A stretch of 63,921 nucleotides of DNA, the filler included, from Octopus bimaculoides (lineage: Eukaryota): NCBI RefSeq assembly GCF_001194135.2. It is 5 parts of 4 records of this genome, joined end to end, with 100 filler letters (N's around TTAATTAATTAA, not from the genome) between each part and the next. Parts side by side here need not be neighbours in the genome. Positions count along the whole stretch, not along the records: positions 24,444 to 49,516 come from NC_068982.1; 4 more parts are not named here. One strand, written 5' to 3'. A model generated the notes under the pieces. The model had not been told where the DNA came from and made no database searches. It saw only the letters and a list, made by a program, of their open reading frames with translations. The translations under genes and the position numbers were made by a program. Positions within the stretch are counted from its first letter, which is position 1; each line of letters opens with the position of its first letter. Positions 26,048 to 36,934 of the stretch are shown here, one piece after another.

Positions 26048-26154
26048 TATAAGGATTTGAATAACACCTGCGTTTGACTCCATTTCTTAATTTATATANN
26101 NNNNNNNNNNNNNNNNNNNNNNNNNNNNNNNNNNNNNNNNNNNNNNNNNNNNNN

Positions 26155-27050
26155 ATATATTGTTGTATTTGAAGATGGTCATGTTGCCAGTTTAGCCAAT
26201 AAAAACACATGCACTATAATATTTGGTGTTCACTTGCTTCAGCTTTCTTTTATATTAATCGTATTTCGGCCAGAGATCTTTCGTCACACTTCTGTGACCT
26301 CATCAGTGGTCCTTTGCATTCTTCTTTCTTTTTCTGTGTCTTTTCTTACTAATGATCAACCATTTTGTATTCCTATTGTATGTGTCTTTATTTGCGCATG
26401 CGTATATCCCTATGTGTGTCTATGATTAGTAAGTGTGTGTGTGAGAATGTGCCTGTATTATCAGTATCCCCTGTTTATGCTTTTATTTATGTTGTTCATT
26501 TGTTTATTTATATCTACTTATTTTTTCTTTTTTTTTCTTTTTTTATTGTATTTAATTTAAGTTAATTTATTTTGTTAATGTATGTAGATATTTAGTTCCA
26601 TTTATTTATCTGTGTATTGTATTGTATTCATATTATTATCAGTTTATGCGGATCTTATTCTGTCATAGGTTGTGGTGTGTTGGGGGGGGGGGGTTGCTAG
26701 GGTTCCATTTTAGTTTCCTGTTCAGGCTAGGTTTATCTTTTGTTATGTGTGTAGCTTCCATAATTTGTCTAAGCGTTGGGTCTGTTCTATGTGTGGATAA
26801 TATTTTAACTTCAATGTTGTTGAACGAGCCCCCGTGTTCCTGCTCGGCGTGTTGGTACAGAACCGATGAGGTCTTTTCTTCCTTAAGTTCCCTCCAATGC
26901 TCATTTACCCGCTCTCCTATGCTCCATGCTGTTTCCTCTACATACGTCGTTGTCTTGTTACTGCACCGTCCTTCTGTACATCTTATACTATAGACTACAT
27001 TCCTAGCTTTACAGTTTGTTTATGGACTAAATCTACATACAGTACAGTTC
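26155..27050 (-). mobile_element. Penelope-like element 3' portion: GIY-YIG endonuclease relic (26645-27050) plus 3' region with hammerhead
   Basis: Manual translation: NCTVCRF..NCKARNVVYSIRCTEGRCSNKTTTYVEETAWSIGERVNEHWRELKERKD, one-base frameshift, SSVLYQHAEQEHGGSFNNIEVKILSTHRTDPTLRQIMEATHITKDKPSLNRKLKWN. This matches the Penelope VVY..C..C..YVGET..R..EH..H..H..E..LN pattern. Confidence 0.8.
26268..26312 (-). ncRNA. Minimal type I hammerhead ribozyme, family 2, copy 1
   Basis: Minus strand GGACCA-CUGAUGA-G-GUCACA-GAAG-UGUGAC-GAAA-GAUC-UC^UGGCC: perfect 6-bp stem II, palindromic stem III AGAUCU, CUC triplet, stem I GG(A)CCA/UGGCC. Confidence 0.85.
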
Positions 27051-27398
27051 CTTTAATGATAGGACTGAGAACTTCGTATATCGACACACCCGCAAGATTT
27101 GCGTAGAATTGGGGCTCGAGCAAATAAGACAATACAGGGTGGACGCACGAAAGTAAACAAATGTAATTTGAAACGATAGATGGAGACAATAAAATTTTTC
27201 GGCCAAACACGAGACTGATGGGTAACGCCTAGAAGAAATCTTCAAATAGATTTAAAAGAAAAGAGATTCAGTAAGAGAGAAAAAGTTGACGGGTATGCTA
27301 GGTGTCCGGTGGCGGAAAGGTAGATATGAGAAAATTAGCCACGGATCACGTGTGGGCAGTAGATAGAAGGGAAGGAGGATGAGAGAGAAGGAGAGAGA

Positions 27399-27445
<47 letters not shown>

Positions 27446-27468
27446 TGTGTGACAGAGAGAGAGTGTGT

Positions 27469-27510
<42 letters not shown>

Positions 27511-28273
27511 AGGGTAAGTAAGATAGAACGTCTACAATTAAGTGTGTGAGAAGACGAAAGAGAAGGAGAGAGAAAGTAGGGATGCTAGAAAAGGAATATT
27601 GGGGCGAGAAAGAAAGAAAGAAAACGTCGCAAAAAACATAAAAACTTTCTGTTAACAAAAGTCGGGATGCGTGGTGTTTAGTTACTCAATAAATGAAAAA
27701 TGCATTAAATACTACAAATCGTACACGTAGAACAGACACAGAAGGACCGTAATTCTTCATCAGTTATCGACCGAAAAAATACTAAAAATTCAAATTGCTC
27801 AAAATTTAACAGCGAGGTTTCTTTCATATTTACAAAGTATGGAAAGAGAAATAATACGAAGTTTCATGAATGGCGAAATTGGTTGAACCGCGTACAAAAC
27901 AGTTCTCGGTGTTAAGTTACATCAATTTAGATCTGAATTAATATTCTCGCTAGGTCGATATTGCTTTTCATCAATCCAAAGTTGATGACATTAATACTAA
28001 TTGAGTTTCGAGACAAATTCAATTGACAAAAGCATTTAAGAGCAAATTTCAGTATATTCAAAATCTAATAAATGTAGCGAATAAAAGAATGTACAAAAAT
28101 TCGTCGATTGTAACTATTTTTGTTGTCCTGTGGTTTATTTATTTTCGGTTATTTACTCTTCTGTACAAGTGAAGTACATATAAACCTTACAAACAACAGT
28201 CCAGAACTGATGAGATGCAAGTATACATATATATGTGTGCAAATGTTACGTTAAGGTTATGAGTGTAAAGTTA

Positions 28274-28620
28274 AAGGGTGCCGAGCTGGCAGAATGATTA
28301 AAAACATCGGATAAAAAATGCTTCGCTACTTTACGTTGAGTGTTCAAATCTTCACCGTGGTGAATTTTGTTTTTCATTTCTCCGAGTCGATAAAATAAAG
28401 TACCAGTTAAGTACTGAGCCTATGAAAGCGGCTAACCCTTCCCCTAAAGAGGGCTGGCCTTGTGCCGGAATTAGAAACCATTATTTTAAAGCTAGTGTAA
28501 GAAGTGCTTCTAATTTAGGTACAAGGACTTCAGTTTTGAGGAAAGGGGATTCTTCAATAATATCAAGCCCTATACTTAACTTTATTTTATCGACCTCGAA
28601 AGGATGAAGAGCAAAGTTGT
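28274..28620. mobile_element. Two family A SINEs tail-to-tail (28274-28490 plus; 28505-28620 minus)
   Basis: Head GGTGCCGAGCTGGCAGAA and tail GGCCTTGTGCCGGAATTAGAAAC on plus, then TTCTAATTTAGGTACAAGG...TTTTATCGACCTCGAAAGGATGAA (reverse complement of tail and body). Confidence 0.75.
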
Positions 28621-28818
28621 AACGGATAAACTTCTGTCCTTAGTACTACACGTCAGTACGGCAGTACGGGAAGTTTTCTGAAGATGAAAACTGCAGTTTT
28701 GTGACTTTCGAAAATATATCCATGCCAAGTAAGTTATACAAAATGGTGTTCAAAACCAATACTGTTTTTGTCGCTAATAATGAATGCACATGCACGCGTA
28801 TGTATGTATGTATGTATG

Positions 28819-28849
<31 letters not shown>

Positions 28850-29402
28850 TTAGAGAGAGAGAGAGAGAGATACATACACACACGTATATATGTGTATATA
28901 TATATATATTTTTTTTCTTTTATTCTTTTACTTGTTTCAGTCATTTGACTGCGGCCATGAGTGTATGATGAAACATCAAATTTGTCTTTTTTCACAAATA
29001 TACGTTTTTTCCACAAAAGTTAGAGGTCTGTCTTATGCGAGAGTGAGCCTTATACAGCAGCAAATACAGTACTATAGTGTTTTTGGAGGTTCTATTTCTC
29101 ACTTATGTGAAAGAGCATATTCTGCACGTGGATGTATTTGATACCATTGGGGCATAGAAATTTCTTTCGATGGTTTTTTTTTAAGGAAAAGTGTTGAATA
29201 ATCACGATAAAAATGTAGAAATAATAAATACCCACTCTTTACAACAGTAAAAAAGAAGTTGCATGTGGAATGTTGATGCAAACAATTTTATACTTCTTTT
29301 TGAAAAAATACATGAATTACAATAAAAGAAATTCGTGCTTCAATTTATGAGATTCATCAGCTATATTGAACAAAAAAGAAGCCATTTTGCTTTACTGCTT
29401 AG

Positions 29403-29614
29403 AATAAGATGGAGTTCACTGACCGAAGAAATGCGCAGAGGAATAAGATATAAAGGAGCCAGGTTGAGTATATATTTTCATGACATTTTCAAATTGAATG
29501 GGCACTAAAAATGCTAACAAGTTTATTCTTCTTTTCATGGTCTATAACAGTGGAGTCAGTCACTGTTTATCAATCCGAGTGCCAGACAGCCATAAAGAGA
29601 CTCGTGATTATGTG
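29403..29614 (+). CDS. Candidate small coding exons (29403-29462 and 29551-29614) of an unidentified gene
   Basis: Phase-compatible splicing across an 88-nt GT-AG intron (ctgcttag|...AG|gttgag; tataacag|...GTG|gtgagc) gives IRWSSLTEEMRRGIRYKGASGVSHCLSIRVPDSHKETRDYV. No protein family recognised; could be chance. Confidence 0.25.
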
Positions 29615-30783
29615 GTGAGCCTCTCGCCTTGAATTTTGACAGCCTTCACCGTCATGGGCTTGAGAGTAGTCTTATTCCTTGCTAAATTTCTCTTTGATTC
29701 CCAGTTCATTCCAACGAAAATTAGTAGTATCAGCGAGAAGAGCAAAGAAAAATTGAGCTTAGTTTCCAACATCAAAATGAAAGGCAAAATATAATGAATG
29801 CAAAAGAGTAGGTGCTTCCAAACTATAACGGCGTCGTTTATTTTCATGCCTTCAAGAAAAAAAAAAAAGATTAAGCAGGTCTGAAAGCGTAGACGTTAGA
29901 ACATTTCATTTAACAAAATCTATATTACATTTGGCGCTCGTTTTCTCACTGGTAAGAACTAGTATCACCAATTCTTTTGGGATATTCACCATAAACGTCT
30001 GTCTACTACTGTATGTTTGTCGTTCTACTGACATAATTTCAAAATAAATTTAACCGCGTCTACGAAAATAGGAAATAAGAGCCAACATCCATTACTTCAA
30101 TAATCAACAAACAGCAGCGAAAATGACAACAGAAAAACAACGGCAAGGAAACAAGTGATAAATAGAGCAAAATTACCAGCCAAAACAATATCACGAGGTG
30201 AAGAACTGATATAAATAAGACAAAGCAACAAGGTCAAAACTATCATTATCACCATCATTCTCAACTATATAACCATCAACAACAAGCAAAACAAATCTTT
30301 AAAAAAAATGAAGCTATGCCTGTAATATGAAGCAATTTAATTTTAGTTAATAATGATGTATTTATTTTCGTTACTCTGCGTTATGTTGACACAAAATTAG
30401 AGAGCACTAGAACAAGCCAATGAACGACTCAAGACTGATGCTCACTCTTTCTCTCAAAATGTGTTGATAATCGATTAGCTTTTTGCTTAGTAAACCATTT
30501 ACACGGAATACACAACTACATGGAATTACACACGTAAAATTTCATTTGACATTTATGTGACCTTTGATCCGGTGTTATATCATTGTCTCTTCTCTGCTAT
30601 GACATTCCCTTACTTTTTTGTTTTGTTTCTGTGCCTTTCCCAGTTCACAAAATTACTCACATTTCTTTCTCAACATTGATCATTTGCTTATGTTGAATTT
30701 TGTGGTCTTCTGAACCTTAAACGTTGAAAGAAGTAGCAGTAAAGCTGGTAGTGTAAAAATTAAGTCATAATTAGTATGGTCGA

Positions 30784-30836
<53 letters not shown>

Positions 30837-33302
30837 NNNNNNNNNNNNNNNNNNNNNNNNNNNNNNNNNNNNNNNNNNNNNNNNNNNNNNNNNNNNNNNN
30901 NNNNNNNNNNNNNNNNNNNNNNNNNNNNNNNNNNNGTGTGTGCGTGCGCGTGCGTGAGTGCTTGCGTGTGCGAGTGTGTGTAAGTATTTATCCATGTATA
31001 TATGTATTATGTATGTATGTATGTATGGATGGATGGATGGATGGATGGATGGATGGATGGATGGATGGATGGATGGATGAACGGATAGATGGATGGATAT
31101 CATTTTATATTATTCATATTCATAACTAGATAAACTTCACAACTTTTAGCAATGACTGTAACAATGCTGTTGAATAGAATGTTGGCATACCATGCAAAAT
31201 GCGTTGTAAACATAGATTCTATTCAATTTTCTAAATTTGATAACTAATCACTATATTTTAATCACTGCAATATCACTCAATCCTAGTTGCTCATGCTTCG
31301 TCCAAAAGTATTAGAAATGCAAATAAGATTTTAAAAATTGTTGTAATCATGAAATTATTTTATTAATCATGAAACAAAGCTGTCGTTAAAAAACTGCTAA
31401 AATAATTTTTTTTTTTTTACATCCAATGAAGAACGCATAATCTTGTAGTGTTTAACTCAAAGAAAATTATAGCATGCCTAAAAGATATCACACCTAAACA
31501 TTTTCATATGTTCGGTAATTGCTCGGTTTTGGAACTATGTTTTCAATGCAACAAAACTAAGCGAAAAATCAGAATCATTTTCAGAAATTTAAAAAGTATG
31601 CATGTTTAGCACTCTTGACAATCCTAAAATATTCGATATCTTTGGAAGAATTTGACTCCTCTCTAAGCTTAACTCAACGCATTCATAATTCATGCTTCTT
31701 ATTTTAGCAATTGCTTTTTTTTTCTTTAAATTTGGATTTCTACACTTATTCATTTTATCGTTTCCTAACACAAAATTATTAACTCGTATATTTTTATCCC
31801 ACGTCACCGAAAAGAGATAACTCTTATTTAAAACCTTGTGTAAATCTTCTAATTTTTATATCTAACCACCATTTTTTACTTACTCCGAAAGCACTCAATC
31901 CTTGTTCATGCCTTGTCCAATGGTATTAGAAATGCAAATAAGGTACAACGAATGACTTTAATCATAAAACTGGCATGCTGGAAATGTTCCCCCATTGCAA
32001 AATAATAAGGTACAGGATTTCTTTTTATATAGATATAGCAGATAAAAAATTTGAAAATAAAGAAGAGGGAATATGAGGTGTGTTTTGTTTTTCTCATTCA
32101 ATTAAATATCACTAAGAGAGTAAAGCAATACAATTGAAAACCCAAACTTGGTATAATTGTGATTCATCCTCACCAAATCCGACTCTCTCTACTCATTCGA
32201 TCATTTTCCTCCGCAAATAATTACGATTTCTTATGTAAACAGAATTGATAGGAGTTTATCGCTGATAAAGCCTAAAGCGTAAATTACTAATAATTCTTGA
32301 TTTAATGGGAAGAGATGTAAAATTAAGACTTCACCAGGATTTGAACACAAATTAGTGAAATAAATACTGATGACATTTATTCTGAATACACTACAATTTC
32401 TTCTAACTCATATTACGATCATGTGAAAATAATTATAGTAGGATTGTTTAATTGTTAAATTAAATCAAAATTTCAGCGCCGTATTTAGCAAGGTTAATTA
32501 TGTGATAGAAGATATACTGAAATAATCAATGATATTATTTTCTAAATACTGGTCAGAACACATTATTTGGCAAATCTCACACTTTTAAATGTATCTTGAA
32601 ATAAAGAATGCAAAACAAAAATAAGTAAACTATTTTTCTGCCTCCAAAGTATCCAACTCATTGTCATAGTTCAGTTAATTAGTGGTTGTGACATTTTTTA
32701 TTCACGTGTCATGTTTCCACCGAAATTTTTTCTGGGACGGCTTCAAATTCTAAAGGAAAAAAAAACGCCTCTCGATCAATCATGTACATTGTTGAGCTTT
32801 GTCTCTGGAAGTAACTTGCTCCTTATTTAAGATAATATTTCAGTAACAAAAGCAAGCAACATCCTGTAGGGAAACATACCAACTGAAACTGACCGGCAAT
32901 GTTCATGTTTTTCTTCGTTTTTATTTTTTACATGATAGTCTTTGTTGAGGGATAGGAACATTAAATAACCTTTAAGCAAAGATCCTTTCTAGAAATTCCA
33001 ATCATGACAATATCTTTAACATTTTGCCAACGTCCCGCAGACGAATTTTTTATGCTTTACTTGACACAATTATTTTTCAAACCTATTCGATTTACCATAC
33101 GTAAAAAATCAGTAGGCTAATTTCTTTTATGAAAGATCTTACAAACAGAAGTAGGCAGAAGGATTTATTCAACTCGTTTCAGTTCCAGAAAATATGTGTC
33201 TATTGACTACTTAATACTCCAAAAAAAAGAAATGTTTAGGAAATTTAAGCCTTTCTGTTCAATATCGGAGACGTTGAGGGCCAACAATGATCAGAATATA
33301 AC

Positions 33303-33460
33303 CATGTGGTTGTGTGGTAAGAAGTTTGCTTCCCAGTCACATGTTTCTGGGATCAGTCCCACTGCATGACACCACGGAGGCAAGTGCCTTCGACTATAGT
33401 CTCGTGCTGACCAAAGCCTCATGAGTGGATTTGGTTGACGGAAACTGAAAGAAGCCCATC

Positions 33461-33522
<62 letters not shown>

Positions 33523-33634
33523 ATATATATATATGTATGTATGTATTTATGTATGTGTGTGTGTGTTTGTCCCTCATCACCGCTTGACAACTGGTGTTGG
33601 TGTGTTTGCATCCCCGTAACTTAGCGGTTCAGCA
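33303..33634 (+). mobile_element. SINE family B
   Basis: GTGGTTGTGTGGTAAGAAGTTTGCTTCCC head, GACGGAAACTGAAAGAAGCCC-(TA)n, CCGCTTGACAACTGGTGTTGG...CCCCGTAACTTAGCGGTTC. Confidence 0.85.
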
Positions 33635-34291
33635 TAAGTCTGCACGATCAGAAGTGACATGGGATTAAGCAAAAAAACGATAAATTCAGTAGCTCTATAG
33701 TGCACAAGAGAACCTTCAGAATGAAACAACTAGCAACACGAAACATATAAATACGTACATACCACCACCAAATGTCCCCCAAGATAAAATCCCAGCTGAG
33801 ACACTCCTAAACATTACAGGGAGGTATTTCACAGCACACAGCACATTCTGAAAAAATAGCACAAGAAGAAACACAATAGTATTGCAAGTAAATTCTATTT
33901 ATGTTGTAAACAACGCAAATCAACACGCTTACATGCTCACTGAAGCTAAGTACATTCATATTCGTCTCTGTACTTTAACTCATCAGGCGACTAGGATAAA
34001 AATGAGGAGAAATAAAGTGACGTAGAAGTAGCTATGGATGCTTCCATTAGTTAGTTCAGATTACGTAAATGAATTGGAAAATAATATTGTTTTGTCAATT
34101 TATTCGCGTGACCTGAACTGACCAATGGAGCCATTTGTATCTCTCCTTACTCTGAACCTTAGACATCTAATGGACTACACTGCTATCTATAACTGCAAAG
34201 CCTTAAATAATGTGAGACTGTGTGAACCCGTTTGTGAGTGAGTGAGTGAGTCAGTGAGTCAGTCAGTGAGTAAGTGAGTCAGTCAGTCAGT

Positions 34292-34350
<59 letters not shown>

Positions 34351-34932
34351 NNNNNNNNNNNNNNNNNNNNNNNNNNNNNNNNNNNNNNNNNNNNNNNNNN
34401 NNNNNNNNNNNNNNNNNNNNNNNNNNNNNNNNNNNNNNNNNNNNNNNNNNNNNNNNNNNNNNNNNNNNNNNNNNNNNNNNNNNNNNNNNNNNNNNNNNNN
34501 NNNNNNNNNNNNNNNNNNNNNNNNNNNNNNNNNNNNNNNNNNNNNNNNNNNNNNNNNNNNNNNNNNNNNNNNNNNNNNNNNNNNNNNNNNNNNNNNNNNN
34601 NNNNNNNNNNNNNNNNNNNNNNNNNNNNNNNNNNNNNNNNNNNNNNNNNNNNNNNNNNNNNNNNNNNNNNNNNNNNNNNNNNNNNNNNNNNNNNNNNNNN
34701 NNNNNNNNNNNNNNNNNNNNNNNNNNNNNNNNNNNNNNNNNNNNNNNNNNNNNNNNNNNNNNNNNNNNNNNNNNNNNNNNNNNNNNNNNNNNNNNNNNNN
34801 NNNNNNNNNNNNNNNNNNNNNNNNNNNNNNNNNNNNNNNNNNNNNNNNNNNNNNNNNNNNNNNNNNNNNNNNNNNNNNNNNNNNNNNNNNNNNNNNNNNN
34901 NNNNNNNNNNNNNNNNNNNNNNNNNNNNNNNN

Positions 34933-35137
34933 GTGTGTTTTCCCACCTCCGCCACCGCTTGACAACCGGTGTTGATATGTTTACATCCCGATAACTGAGA
35001 GGTTCTGCAGAAGAAAACGATAGAATATGTATCAAGCCTTAAAAACATTAGTACTGGGGTTTATTCATTCGACTGAAAACAATTCTTCAAGGCTGTGCCT
35101 CAGTATGGCCGCAGTCTAATGACCGAAACAAATAAAA
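34933..35137 (+). mobile_element. SINE family B, 3' half
   Basis: CCGCTTGACAACCGGTGTTG...ATGGCCGCAGTCTAATGACCGAAACAAATAAAAG. Confidence 0.8.
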
Positions 35138-35152
35138 GGTAAAAATTTATCC

Positions 35153-35595
35153 CTAAGCGGTGAGCTGGCAGAATCGTTGATACGCCGGACAAAATTATTA
35201 GCAGCATCCATCTTTACCTTCTGAGTTCAAGTCCCACCGAGGCTAACTTTACCTTTCATCTTTTCAGGGTCGATAAATTAAGTACCAGTTGAGCAAAGGG
35301 GTTGATGTAATCGACTACCCCCTTCTCCTGAAATTGCTGGCCTTGTGCCAAAATTTGAAACAAATATATTTATTTATCCCAAGGCGGTGAGCAGGCAGAT
35401 ACGCTAGAAAAAAAAGCATAGCGGCATTTTATCCATCTTTACTTTCTAAGTTCAAATCTCGCCGAAGTCGACTTTACCCTTCATCTTTTCAGAGTCGATA
35501 AATTAAGTACAAGATGAGCACCGGGAGCGATATAATCGACTAGCCACCCACCCACACACACATTTCAGGCCTTGTGCCAATAGTAGAAAGAAATA
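35153..35595 (+). mobile_element. Two tandem family A SINEs (35153-35370, 35381-35595)
   Basis: Each starts AAGCGGTGAGC(T/A)GGCAGA, contains TTC(TG/TA)AGTTCAA and ends GGCCTTGTGCCAA. Confidence 0.85.
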
Positions 35596-36315
35596 AAATA
35601 TAAATTTATCAAGGCATTTACTGTATTTGAACGAACCTCGGTATTTAGCGATTTCCCACAGTGATTTATTTATATATTTATTTTAATATTTATTGTTTCA
35701 GGTTTCTTTCACTGAATATGGACGTGTTTAAATGTAATCCCTCCCAGTATGAGGGAGTATTTTATCTTAAACTAATTTGATTATATTTTTATCGTAGAGC
35801 TAAGCGTCAACCATGAGTGTAGAGTCATTCAAATTCCAGTTCAGTCCTCTAAATCTGGCAACATGTTTATTTCATTAACTTTTACGTATTTTTCTTGTGC
35901 TTCTTTCGTCAAGAAGTACAAGTGGCAATACATAAACAAAATGTGTGATTTTAGTTTTTTTTTTTTTTCGTACTTCTTTGTGTTTCCCGTTTAAACTTTC
36001 GGGAAAGCTGCGAGTTGATAGCTGTTAAATCGGGATAAAAATATTTAAAACAATAAATATGTAAAGTAATAACATGGTTTACAGGTTTTCTTTTTCAGAC
36101 ACCTTCTTTATTGTTGTCGTTCTCAAAACTTCTCTTCTCCAAATTTAAAATGAAGAACAATATACATGAAAAACAATTATTGCTGGATAAAAGGTTGCTT
36201 AAGATAAGTTTAAACAAAGTGTCTAATTCACTATTTACCAAAAGGAGAATTAACTGAAGCGATGCCTACCCGTATATTAAACTTGATCCGTTGTCTTAAT
36301 TTTTTTGTTCGTTGA

Positions 36316-36359
<44 letters not shown>

Positions 36360-36934
36360 GCACACTCACACACACAGATAGAACCCCATACTTTGAGTGA
36401 GTTATGCTGCTATTTATTAGGGGACATTCACGGTTATTGGTTATTAATACGTACGATTTAAAACTTAATGGGATATAAGATTCTCTACGTGAATATTCGA
36501 CATAATAGTTATTGGCAGTGGCGGTAGTGGCGAGTAGATAATCCTAAATCAACCTTGACTGAGCATATCTATGATAACAGGCGTTCCAGTCATGAAAATT
36601 CTGTCATTTTTTTTTTTTCAGACATTGTATATCTAGAACTGTTTGAAAATCGTTATCTGCTACTTCTAGCAGATTGAGCGACTACATATAGGTTCGCTTG
36701 TTGCCTCACACAGAGATGTCCTTCAAGACATTTAAAGTTAATAAAACTACAAGGCTTTGATATTTTACTGTTAACAAAGACGGCGAGCTAGTAGAGTCGT
36801 TGAGAGAAGGTATTAAGTCGATTACATCGACCCCTGTACGTAACTGGTACTAATTTTATCGACCTCGAAAGGATGAAAGGCAAAGTCGACCTTTGTGGAG
36901 TTCGAACTCAAAACCTAAAGGCAGACGAAATGCC

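Larger units (their letters stand above)
25525..26097 (+). repeat. Tandem ~230-bp direct repeats (period 343-360 bp), each containing a hammerhead ribozyme; retrozyme/pseudo-LTR-like
   Basis: 25525-25754 and 25885-26097 align over their length with scattered substitutions and a 14-nt indel. Confidence 0.9.

Noticed and set aside
25680-26090. Three period-3 substitutions between the tandem copies suggesting coding constraint (FKSLYF or RKYKDL)
   Set aside because: Frames close within a few codons in one or both copies; the hammerhead fold explains the conservation better.
28678-28725. CUGAAGA...GAAAAUAUAUC with palindrome AAAACTGCAGTTTT
   Set aside because: Needs an 8-nt deletion and removal of an extra A to be canonical, and has no stem I. 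It overlaps a candidate exon, so both readings are doubtful.
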